Shown piece after piece: positions 49,984 to 58,670 of a DNA stretch of 64,000 nt. The notes beneath the pieces were generated by a model. It was not told where the DNA came from. It ran no database searches and saw nothing but the letters and a program-made list of their open reading frames with translations. The translations under genes were made by a program, and so were the position numbers. The number at the start of each line of letters is the position of its first letter. Within the stretch, counting starts at the first letter, position 1. Source of the stretch: an uncultured bacterium (lineage in GTDB: Bacteria; Krumholzibacteriota; Krumholzibacteriia; WVZY01). Location: the NCBI GenBank assembly GCA_964464035.1, contig CAYXEN010000007.1:868-64867 (forward strand). Direction: 5' to 3'.

Positions 49984-50433
49984 CTACTTCACCCCTTCCA
50001 GAAGCTGCACCTTCCCTTGACGAAGGAAATGCGCCCATATGGTCCTGCGGTTTCCGGGCAAGGTATCCTTGCCTATCACCCGGCCGTAATCATTCCAGGA
50101 ACGATGATGAATGATCTCTCCGATCTCGTACTCTTCCCGTTCCGAATATTCCCTGGCACTCTCGATGTCGAGATCTTCGAGCGCTATCTCCTCCGTCTTG
50201 TCCGCGACCGCCTGCCGGGATTTTTCGCCGCCGTGCTCTTCGTCGAGCATGTGCGGAAGAAAACCCTGGCAGCCGGGACACTTCAACCAGATCGCGCTGT
50301 CACTGCTTCCCTGGTTGATCACCTCCATCTCGAAGTACTTCTTGCAGACTGAGCAGTACTGGTACATAGTCTCCTGGTTCGTCCCCTGCATATCGGACCA
50401 CCTTCCTGCTAGGTCATATCGACTTTGCAGCAC
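49984..50433 (-). CDS. hypothetical zinc-ribbon protein
   Basis: CSVC…CPGC motif with an acidic C-terminal half. Alternative starts at MQGTNQ and MYQYC both have an SD. Confidence 0.4.
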   Translation of the reverse strand: MLQSRYDLAGRWSDMQGTNQETMYQYCSVCKKYFEMEVINQGSSDSAIWLKCPGCQGFLPHMLDEEHGGEKSRQAVADKTEEIALEDLDIESAREYSEREEYEIGEIIHHRSWNDYGRVIGKDTLPGNRRTIWAHFLRQGKVQLLEGVK

Positions 50434-50591
50434 TCCTCAGCTTCGACCTTGGTTTGATAGCGCATTCCACACAGCATGCAAACATATTTCCCGTCGAGCC
50501 GCCCTTCTTCCTCAGCCTTCTTCAACAATTGCACAAACTTCACATACTCCTTATCCTTCACCAAGACCCCCGATTCTTCCTGTTTATCCAT
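50409..50591 (-). CDS. small (60 aa) zinc-finger protein
   Basis: Strong SD AAGGAGA precedes the ATG at 50591. The protein is MDKQEESGVL…YVCMLCGMRYQTKVEAEECCKVDMT with four Cys. It overlaps the next ORF by 25 nt. Confidence 0.45.
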   Translation of the reverse strand: MDKQEESGVLVKDKEYVKFVQLLKKAEEEGRLDGKYVCMLCGMRYQTKVEAEECCKVDMT

Positions 50592-50884
50592 GCCTACTCT
50601 CCTTGTTTGTGGTGGTTGAACCAAACCAACAAGATAGCTGGGATACACAGGATGCTGTGCTTGAACCTGGATCGCACACAATATCTTGTGGAAAATTAGA
50701 CGATCCCTATTTTCAAGTCAAGCATAAAATGAGAGTCAGTCCAAAAAAGCGGTGGATAAGGCAGCAACGAATCGTAATATAACACATGCTCCCCGCCTCA
50801 TCAACTTTTTTTGCAACGACGGGGCGCAAACAGTATCAGTTCGTTCAACGAAGCTCTTGCGTTCCGATTCGAAAGAGACAATCG

Positions 50885-52021
50885 TCAAAAAGCAAGGGCA
50901 TGTTCCAAATCCGCTTCGAGATCTTCCACGTCTTCTATGCCCACCGATATCCTTACCAGTCCATCCGTGATCCCGAGCGCTTCCCTGTCTTCCTTGGGAA
51001 CACTGGCATGCGTCATGGTGGCCGGATGGCTGATCAAACTCTCTACTCCTCCCAAGCTTTCGGCGAGCGTAAAGATTCTCGTGCGTTCCAATACCTTGCT
51101 CGCATTCTCCAGCGAACCCACGTCGAAAGATATCATTCCTCCGAACCCGCGAGCCTGCCTCTTCGCCAGTTCGTGGTGGGGATGATCTTCCAGCCCGGGA
51201 TAGTTCACGTGAACGACCTTCGGATGAGTCTTCAGGAATACGGCGAGACGCCTCGCATTGGCATCATGCTGGCGCATGCGAAGAGCCAGTGTCTTCGTCC
51301 CGCGTAGGGCCAGCCAGCAATCGAACGGCCCTGGGACCGCTCCCACCGCGTTCTGGATGAAGTGCAGCTTCTCGCTCAGTTCCTCGTCGTTCACCACCAC
51401 CACGCCGCCGACCATGTCGCTGTGCCCGTTCAGATACTTGGTAGTGCTGTGCACGACGATGTCCGCCCCCAGCTCGAGCGGGTTCTGCAGATACGGGCTC
51501 ATGAACGTGTTGTCAACGGCCATAAGGGCGTTTCGTGAGTGCGCCGCCTTCGCGACGGCCGCTATGTCGGTGACACTGAGGACGGGGTTGGTTGGAGTCT
51601 CCACGAACACCAGCCGCGTCGATTCCGTAATGCTCTTCTCAACGATATCGAGATCCGTCGTATCGATGAATCCGGCGGTGACGCCGAAACGCTTGAGCAC
51701 CTGATCGAAAAGCCTGTAGGTTCCCCCGTACACGTTGTTTGTAATCAAGATCTCGTCTCCCTCGTTGAAGAGACGAATGACGGCGTCTATCGCGGACAGG
51801 CCGGAAGCGAACGCGATCCCGAACCTGCCGCGCTCGAGAACGGCGACGTTGCGCTCGAACGCCTCACGCGTGGGATTCTGCGTCCGCGCGTACTCGTACC
51901 CTCTGTGCTTGCCCAGACCGTCCTGCTTGTATGTCGACGTCTGAAAGATAGGAACCATGACGGCGCCGGTGACCTTCTCCGGCTCCTGGCCGCCGTGAAC
52001 CGCATCCGTGGAAAAACCCAT
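50885..52021 (-). CDS. cystathionine gamma-lyase / gamma-synthase family PLP enzyme (trans-sulfuration)
   Basis: PLP-Lys motif HSTTKYLNGHSD, with Cys/Met-metabolism family motifs throughout. The start at MGFSTDAVHGG has the strong SD GGGAGGAG. Confidence 0.85.
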   Translation of the reverse strand: MGFSTDAVHGGQEPEKVTGAVMVPIFQTSTYKQDGLGKHRGYEYARTQNPTREAFERNVAVLERGRFGIAFASGLSAIDAVIRLFNEGDEILITNNVYGGTYRLFDQVLKRFGVTAGFIDTTDLDIVEKSITESTRLVFVETPTNPVLSVTDIAAVAKAAHSRNALMAVDNTFMSPYLQNPLELGADIVVHSTTKYLNGHSDMVGGVVVVNDEELSEKLHFIQNAVGAVPGPFDCWLALRGTKTLALRMRQHDANARRLAVFLKTHPKVVHVNYPGLEDHPHHELAKRQARGFGGMISFDVGSLENASKVLERTRIFTLAESLGGVESLISHPATMTHASVPKEDREALGITDGLVRISVGIEDVEDLEADLEHALAF

Positions 52022-52125
52022 TTCACTCCTCCCGAGTTCTTGCCCTTTACCCATGCTTCTTCCCGACTCCCCTGTGAAGCGATCACCGGGAAGACGACTA
52101 TCCCCGCTTCAGGGGATCAAGATCA

Positions 52126-53517
52126 TCAATCCATCTCCGAAATCATGTACTCTACGAGATCGTATTTCGTAAGGATCCCGACCACGTTTCCATCGTCGCG
52201 TACGAGGACCGCTGCGCTCTTCTGGGCGAGAAGCTTGAGAGCTTCCTGGTAGGATGCATCGCTATCCACGATCGGGAACGGTTTGCCCATCACATCGGCG
52301 ACCGGTTCCTCGCCGGATATCTTGCCCGAGAGGATCTTGTCCATCACTTCGCCCTCGATCACTCTCCCCACCCATTGCTCGCCCTGCTTCACGGGAAGCT
52401 GGGACACGTTGTAGGTCTTCATCTGATCAAGTGCTCTATGGATGGCATCCTCCGATTCGGCGTAGACCAGCGGGGGCAGTGCGGCCGCCTTGCCGTGCAG
52501 GAGATCACCCACGGTGAGGAGTTTGGCGTCCAGCATCCGGTTCTCTCTCATCCACTCGTCTGAATGGAACTTGGAGAGATATCTCTCGCCCGTATCGGGA
52601 AGCAAAACCACCACTACTTTGTCTTCGTCGAGATCGCGGGCCACTTTGAGAGCGGCTGCAACGGCGGTTCCCGCGGAACCGCCGACCATCAACCCTTCCT
52701 CCCGCGAAAGCCTGCGCGCCATGTTGAAGGATTCCTTGTCGGAGATTCTCACTACCTCGTCAACGTAGTCCATCTCGAAAGTCCCGGGAACTATGTCTTC
52801 CCCGATCCCTTCCACGAGGTACGGATGGGCTTCGCCCTTCTCTTTCGTGTAGAAGTAATCCTTGAGGATGCTGCCTACCGGATCGACGCCGATGACCTTG
52901 ACCGAAGGTTTCTTCTCCTTGAGGAATCTTCCCGTTCCGCTCACGGTGCCGCCCGTCCCGATGCCGGCCACGAAATAATCCACGCGGCCCGCGGTATCGC
53001 GCCAGATCTCCGGTCCCGTGGTTTCGTAATGGGCTTGCGGATTGAGCTTGTTGAAATACTGGTTGGCCAGGACCGCGTTGGGGGTCGTCTCGACTATCTT
53101 GCGCGCCACGGAGTAATAGCTCTTCTCCGAGTCGGGGGGAACGGCGGTGGGACAGGTTATCACTTCGGCTCCGTAGGACTTGAGCAGCCTGATCTTCTCC
53201 TTGCTCATCTTGTCCGGCATGGTGAATATCGCCTTGAACCCCATGACCGCAGCCACAAGGGCCAGCCCCACGCCGGTGTTGCCGGACGTGCATTCCACTA
53301 TCGTGCCGCCCGGCTTGAGCTTGCCCTGCCTGATCGCATCCTCGATCATCTTGACGCCGATCCTGTCCTTGACACTCCCGCCCGGGTTGAAGTACTCCAC
53401 CTTCGCCAGGACCGTAGCCTTTATGCCGCCGGTCACTTTGTTCAGCTTCACGAGGGGTGTGCCGCCGATCGTCTCCAGAATATTCTCCGCGTAACGCATC
53501 CCGTCTTGATTCGTCAT
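52126..53517 (-). CDS. cystathionine beta-synthase (PLP cysteine-synthase fold plus tandem CBS domains)
   Basis: PLP Lys in NPGGSVKDRIG, GNTG and GTGGT motifs, and a C-terminal CBS pair. The start at MTNQDG has an SD. Confidence 0.85.
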   Translation of the reverse strand: MTNQDGMRYAENILETIGGTPLVKLNKVTGGIKATVLAKVEYFNPGGSVKDRIGVKMIEDAIRQGKLKPGGTIVECTSGNTGVGLALVAAVMGFKAIFTMPDKMSKEKIRLLKSYGAEVITCPTAVPPDSEKSYYSVARKIVETTPNAVLANQYFNKLNPQAHYETTGPEIWRDTAGRVDYFVAGIGTGGTVSGTGRFLKEKKPSVKVIGVDPVGSILKDYFYTKEKGEAHPYLVEGIGEDIVPGTFEMDYVDEVVRISDKESFNMARRLSREEGLMVGGSAGTAVAAALKVARDLDEDKVVVVLLPDTGERYLSKFHSDEWMRENRMLDAKLLTVGDLLHGKAAALPPLVYAESEDAIHRALDQMKTYNVSQLPVKQGEQWVGRVIEGEVMDKILSGKISGEEPVADVMGKPFPIVDSDASYQEALKLLAQKSAAVLVRDDGNVVGILTKYDLVEYMISEMD

Positions 53518-53696
53518 TTCACTCCGCGGCTTCGACTTTCGCCGCTTCCTCCCTTCTCGAAATTGGTTCCGTCCTCCTCGATACTTCAATAGGCCCGATC
53601 CAACGGGGGAACACGTTCATCTTCAAATCATCCGTTCAATTTATATCACATCACCGGTGGGAAATCAATGAGGGCGGACGGACGTCGCAAAGCACG

Positions 53697-56075
53697 TCAA
53701 CGCAGGAGAACCAGTTTCTTGACCTGCACGCGGTCCCCGGCGGCGGCCCTGAGGAAATAGATTCCGGAAGAGACCGTTTCCCCGCGGTCGTTCCTGCCGT
53801 CCCAACTGGTCGTAACGACCGTCGAGCGAAGTTCATCCCTGTACACGATCTTCACGAGCCTTCCCGTCACGTCGTATATCCTCACGTCCACCCGGGTCGG
53901 AACCTCCTCCACCAAGGACGCCGATCGCCCCATCCCCCGAGAACCGCCCGTGGGCGGTCCGGTCTCGCGATAGCTTGGAGGGATGAAAATCGAAAAGCTC
54001 GTGGACCCGCTGAACGGGTTGGGAACGGCGTTCGAAACCAGCTCGCCGCTGTGCATCGGGAGCATCGCCGTTACCTCGACGGTTCCCGAGTCCATGGTGA
54101 AAACCTTCGTGCCGCCGTGAAAGTCAAGCCCGAAAGTCCCCCGCACGAAATAGCGATATTTCGTACCCGGAGTGACCGTGGTGTCGGTGAACTCGTACGG
54201 CGTGTAACCGTCACCCGCCACGCCGGACGGGTGAAGACCCGAGACGATGAGCGTGTCCTCGCCGGGCGAAACGGCCACCCTGTAGAGATCGAAGCGGGCT
54301 CCGAAAGTCTCGCCGAACATCCTCCATTCGAGGGTTATGCCCCGGTTCGCGACCTTGACTTCGAAGAGAGAATACTTCAGGCCGAGATTGTAGATTCTCT
54401 TCGTTATCACTCCGGAGGATATGCCCACCCTGGTTCGGACCTTGATTCCCACTTCCGTGAGCCCCACCGGAATCGATTTCAATTTCACGACCAGGTCCTC
54501 TTCCGGCTCGTCCCACTTTCCGTCTTCCGGCGTGAGAATGATGTTTCCCGAACCGCTCACACTGAGAAACCCGTCCTGGAGAGGGGCCGCGTAGTCGATG
54601 CGCGTTTCTTCGGGTTGGGCGGGATTGCGGTTCTCGACCGGCACGGACACCGCCTTGCATCTGACCGTGACGTCCGAAGCGAGCAGCGTCTCCGCGCTGG
54701 AATTCTCGAAGATGACGGTGGGCGTAGATTGGTAGAGATCCGGCACGCTGTTGTCGTCCGCATCCACCACGCCCATCATGCCCGCGGTGAAAAAGCAGAT
54801 GGGTCTTCCCAGGTCCTGTTTCGCCTGGGCCATGATGCAGTAATCCAGGTCCCTGCAACCCGTTGGACGTCCGTATGGGTCGACTTCGAGTATCTTGTTC
54901 TTGTTGTAGTAATCCAAGTAGCCGGAATGGGCGTTGCAATCTCCTATCGCCGACTTATACTCGTCTAGGGCCCAAAATATATGGCAAGTCTCGTGTTGAA
55001 ACACCTGCGAGAAGAGAAGGACCTGGTCGATGCCGTACGGATTGCTTCCCGCCGGGTAGGGGATCACGAGATAAGGGCCTCCCAGATATGCATAGGCCGT
55101 GTAGCGGGCATCCTTGAACAGATGGCCGGGAGCGTTGGCGCTGTTGGCCACGAAGGCGGTGAAAACCCAGTTCGTTCCGTAGTGTTTCCTCCCGTCCTCG
55201 TTGAACTCGTGCACTATCAATATGGGATCGCCCTTGCTCACGTCGTAACCCATGTTGGCCATCACGTCGTTTATCCAGACGTGGTCCGAATCGTCGTTGT
55301 GATCGATCGGTTCGAACTGGGTTCTCGCCCTTTGGAACAAACGAAAGGTGAGGTCGATGGGGTAGATCGAGTACTCCTCCTGGAAGTCGAGCATTGCTGA
55401 GTATACGCCGCTTATCGCATCAGAGAGCCGGGCGTCACTCCAATTTTCTTCGCCGCCGTCGCTCTCCGGAAAGATCACCTGCACTAGTATCTCGCCCATC
55501 ATGAACTCGCTGTTCTGGCTGGGATTGCGCATGACCTCGCCCGGGGACGAAGCGGCCGCCTGCGGTTTCCATTTCTTCATGACGCGCACGGGCACGCGGA
55601 GAACCTTGTCCGAAAACCCCGGATCCTCCGGTGGAATCCCCGGCTCGTGTGCTTTCGCATCGACGGATGCTCTCGGCGAATACGCCCTTCCGATCTCCCT
55701 CAATCCCGGGAAGAATCGAGAATCGGAGCCCGGGCCCGCCGCCTTGTCGAGCACCCCGGGCAATAGTTCCATGCCCTCGGCGGCCGCGAGCGCCGCTTCG
55801 CTCACCCCCTCGGGCAAATCACACACGATATACGAAGGGAGAAAGGCGTTCACGTGCACCGCTCCCGCATCCAGGAGCCTGGCCTTGAAGGCCAGGAGAT
55901 CCTTCTCCGTTCCTCCCCGGTTGAAAAAAACCGCGCGGTGATAATTCATCCCGCGCACCGGAATATTCCCCGTGTGTTCCAGCACGCCCACGCGACGGGC
56001 CGTCGTCACCGTCGCAGGGAGTGAAAAGACGGCGACCAGGCCGAACAACAAGGACCTCGCGAGCAGCGTTCTCAT
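53697..56075 (-). CDS. secreted HExxH zinc metalloprotease (metzincin-like spacing with Asp third ligand, possibly M6/InhA-like) with C-terminal T9SS-type sorting domain
   Basis: The start at MRTLLARSLLFGLVAVFSLPA (signal peptide) has SD GGAGG and overlaps the stop of the upstream gene (ATGA). Motif QHETCHIFWALDEY. The C-terminus SGIYFLRAAAGDRVQVKKLVLLR is near-identical to the M14 protein tail. Confidence 0.6.
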   Translation of the reverse strand: MRTLLARSLLFGLVAVFSLPATVTTARRVGVLEHTGNIPVRGMNYHRAVFFNRGGTEKDLLAFKARLLDAGAVHVNAFLPSYIVCDLPEGVSEAALAAAEGMELLPGVLDKAAGPGSDSRFFPGLREIGRAYSPRASVDAKAHEPGIPPEDPGFSDKVLRVPVRVMKKWKPQAAASSPGEVMRNPSQNSEFMMGEILVQVIFPESDGGEENWSDARLSDAISGVYSAMLDFQEEYSIYPIDLTFRLFQRARTQFEPIDHNDDSDHVWINDVMANMGYDVSKGDPILIVHEFNEDGRKHYGTNWVFTAFVANSANAPGHLFKDARYTAYAYLGGPYLVIPYPAGSNPYGIDQVLLFSQVFQHETCHIFWALDEYKSAIGDCNAHSGYLDYYNKNKILEVDPYGRPTGCRDLDYCIMAQAKQDLGRPICFFTAGMMGVVDADDNSVPDLYQSTPTVIFENSSAETLLASDVTVRCKAVSVPVENRNPAQPEETRIDYAAPLQDGFLSVSGSGNIILTPEDGKWDEPEEDLVVKLKSIPVGLTEVGIKVRTRVGISSGVITKRIYNLGLKYSLFEVKVANRGITLEWRMFGETFGARFDLYRVAVSPGEDTLIVSGLHPSGVAGDGYTPYEFTDTTVTPGTKYRYFVRGTFGLDFHGGTKVFTMDSGTVEVTAMLPMHSGELVSNAVPNPFSGSTSFSIFIPPSYRETGPPTGGSRGMGRSASLVEEVPTRVDVRIYDVTGRLVKIVYRDELRSTVVTTSWDGRNDRGETVSSGIYFLRAAAGDRVQVKKLVLLR

Positions 56076-56923
56076 CTCTTGCCTCCCCGCCCGGCGAACA
56101 GCGAACGGGCTCCCGATCCGAAGTCGATCAGCAGGAGCTCCGTTTCGGATTTCCTGACTCCGGCCACGGGAACACCCGGTATCGGCGGATCGATCTTCGA
56201 TTCCCTCGAGCAGCGGGATACGTAGCGCACGATATGAAACAGCGGAACCGCGCCGGCAAAGTAGATCTCGTGCACGTCGTCCACGCGCTTCAGCAAAGTC
56301 GACCGTCCCGCGGGGACTTTCTTCTCGTACGCTACGTGTTTCATCTTCTTCACACACCTGAAATCCCTCCCGGCGGCCCGCACCGAAGCTTTGCCCCCAT
56401 CCTCCCAAAGATCCCGGCGCCCTTTGCTCAACTCACTCTCGAGTCGGCCCACGAGCTCCTCGTCTCCGCTTTCGATCGGTCCGCTTCCATGTTTGATGAA
56501 GATCTCCAGCACGCGGGCCCCGGTGGAGTCCGCCGGATCGCCGGAGCGGACCGCATCCGACATGAGAACGCGCATGGCTAGTGTATCGCCGTGCCGTTCC
56601 TTTCCCTCGATCTCCAGCCAGAAACTTCCCGGCGACGGAGGATCTGAATCGCCGGGGATCGCTATGTACAGCTCCGATGAATCCCGCCTCGTCTCCGAGG
56701 ATTCCACCACGAGGTAGCGGCACCAGGCCCCCGCGGTAAGGCTCATTCCCTCGAACGCGATCGCCGGTATCAGGAGATCGTCCTCCGAGGAGGAGGCAGC
56801 GGCGGCAGGCGATACCGTGCCGACAAGAGAGATCGCATGGAAAACGAGCAGGACGACGGGAAATGCCCGTCGGGCGGTTGCGTGCTCGAAGGGTGACCGG
56901 ATCTTCTTCCCCTTCAATCTCAT
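56072..56923 (-). CDS. hypothetical secreted protein, translationally coupled to the downstream metalloprotease
   Basis: Signal peptide after MRLKGKK. Its stop overlaps the metalloprotease start. No recognisable domain. Confidence 0.45.
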   Translation of the reverse strand: MRLKGKKIRSPFEHATARRAFPVVLLVFHAISLVGTVSPAAAASSSEDDLLIPAIAFEGMSLTAGAWCRYLVVESSETRRDSSELYIAIPGDSDPPSPGSFWLEIEGKERHGDTLAMRVLMSDAVRSGDPADSTGARVLEIFIKHGSGPIESGDEELVGRLESELSKGRRDLWEDGGKASVRAAGRDFRCVKKMKHVAYEKKVPAGRSTLLKRVDDVHEIYFAGAVPLFHIVRYVSRCSRESKIDPPIPGVPVAGVRKSETELLLIDFGSGARSLFAGRGGKR

Positions 56924-57005
56924 GACATATTCACCGCTTGGATTGTGACTTCTCCCCGCCGGACCATCCGTGCGAGCGTGGAAAGGCGGCCCGGTCAAAC
57001 CGGCG

Positions 57006-58403
57006 TCAATGGGCTATCTTCCGCCAGGCCCTGGAAAAGTCGAATGTGGGGTCTTGTTCCTTAGTATGGCACTGCGTGCAACTCTCCGAGGCGCGGGAGG
57101 CGTAGGTGCCGTCCCTCTTGTGCTCCGCCCCCGGCCCGTGGCACGCCTCGCACTGGACCTCGACCAGATCAACGGGAGAGCCGATGATGCGTGATCCCGT
57201 GTATCCCCCGCGCTTGCCGTAACCCGTCGAGTGGCACGAGATACAGCTCGAATCACGCTGCTTGAATTGCGAGGCCAGGGTTTCGTACGCCCTGGCGTGT
57301 TTGGTGCCCGCGTAGATCCGGAAAGCGTCCGCGTGGCATCGGATGCAGTTGCCCAGGCCCAGGTAGATGTCACCGGGCCCGGCGTTGGAGGTGTTGCCCT
57401 TGAGCATCTGCTTGGCATAGAGTTCTTTCTGCTTCTTCTTGTTCTCTTCGTCGAAACTCTTGATGATGGCGGCCACCCGCTCGTCGTCGGGCACCCTCTT
57501 GTTAAGTGTATATATGTTGTTCCTCGTATCGGCGATCTTGCCTTCGGGGTCGAGCGCCACGCGCAGGACACCGACCGCCTGCCCGTGGAAGGTAACCTTG
57601 TAGACCGGCACGGTCCCCATCATGTACGGTTCCTTGGTTCTCTCCGTCTTGTCGCCGTGCCCCAGAACGGCGAAATCGAACTGCGGGAAGTCGGGGAGAA
57701 TCTTCTCCAGATCCTCCCTGTCCATGTGCGCGAGAAGTACCAGGATGTCGCATTTCCGGCGGACCTCGGGCACCAGCTTTTCGAGTATCGGGGCCGGATC
57801 CTTCAGCACGTAAGTGAGGGCTTCGACTTTCTTCGCGCTCCCGCGCCGCGGATTCCTCACCTTGGTGCGGGGGGAGAGAACGGCTATGAAACCTATCTTG
57901 ATCCCCCCGCGCGAGACGATTCTGTACGGAGGGAAGACCGGCTTCCGGCTCACGACGGTTTTCCCGCCCTTTCCCGCCTTCTTGCGGAACAAGTTCGCGC
58001 AGACGAGATTCAGTTTGTTTTTCTTGTAATCGGCGTAGAGCTTGTCGAGGCCTCGGCTCAGGTCCATTTCGCCGACGGCCACCGCATCGTAGCGGAGATA
58101 TGCAAGCATGCGGGCCACGAAATGGTCCTTCGGCTCGTTGTAGACGTTCCCCCCGCCGAAGAAATCACCGGCGGAACAGAGGACGAGGAAGCCGGAGAAG
58201 TCCGACTGCTCCTGCAATTGCTTTATCAGGGTCGCCCGCCGGGCGAAGCCGCCAGTGGCGTTGGCGTGTCACCCGCAAGGCTGATAATAGCCTCTCGTAT
58301 CGCTGTTGTACACCAGCTGAAAAGATCTGTATCCGGATCCGGTCTTGGGCGGAATGCATCCCGCGAAGAGCGCGGCCAGCACGAGGGCAAACGCGATTCT
58401 CAT
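57006..58403 (-). CDS. candidate selenoprotein: lipoprotein with degenerate calcineurin-like metallophosphoesterase domain fused to a C-terminal tetraheme cytochrome c domain, in-frame UGA in a C-G-U motif
   Basis: ATG at 58403 with SD GGGAG. Translation gives MRIAFALVLAALFAGCIPPKTGSGYRSFQLVYNSDTRGYYQPCG-TGA-HANATGGFARRATLIKQL-QEQSDFSGFLVLCSAGDFFGGGN…, continuous with ORF 57006..58217. Four CxxCH motifs are present (CIRCH, CISCH, CEACH, CTQCH). The only signal peptide is upstream of the TGA. Confidence 0.55.
58269..58271 (-). other. in-frame TGA (putative selenocysteine codon) within the 57006..58403 gene; GC-rich hairpin candidates lie immediately downstream (about 58215..58265)
   Basis: Frame continuity was checked codon by codon. 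The TGA sits 44 codons after the ATG and 18 codons before the ORF-track start. Confidence 0.5.
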
Positions 58404-58585
58404 ATTCGGGAACTCCCACTATAAAGCCGTCATCGATTTAACCTTCTGATTTATAAGCAAGATATCATATCGTCCGCCGCCGGGCAAGCATTGATTCCGG
58501 AGCGCGGGGCCCGGGAGGACGGCCCCGGCCACCGGAAAAAGAACTGAAATGTTCCTAAAGCCGGCCTCCAAATCCTCCGATAAGC

Positions 58586-58605
58586 AAAAAAAGCCCGCCG
58601 GGCTT
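58586..58605 (-). terminator. orphan terminator-like hairpin (minus-strand RNA AAGCCCGGCGGGCUU followed by UUUUUUU) in the divergent region between the selenoprotein gene and the MCP gene
   Basis: Six-bp GC stem with a 3-nt loop and seven U residues. No annotated gene lies upstream of it on the minus strand. Confidence 0.35.
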
Positions 58606-58670
58606 GAATTTGGGAACGGGCGGCGGATTTCGCACGCCCGGCAGTTGTATCGCCGAACCGGGAAGGACCA

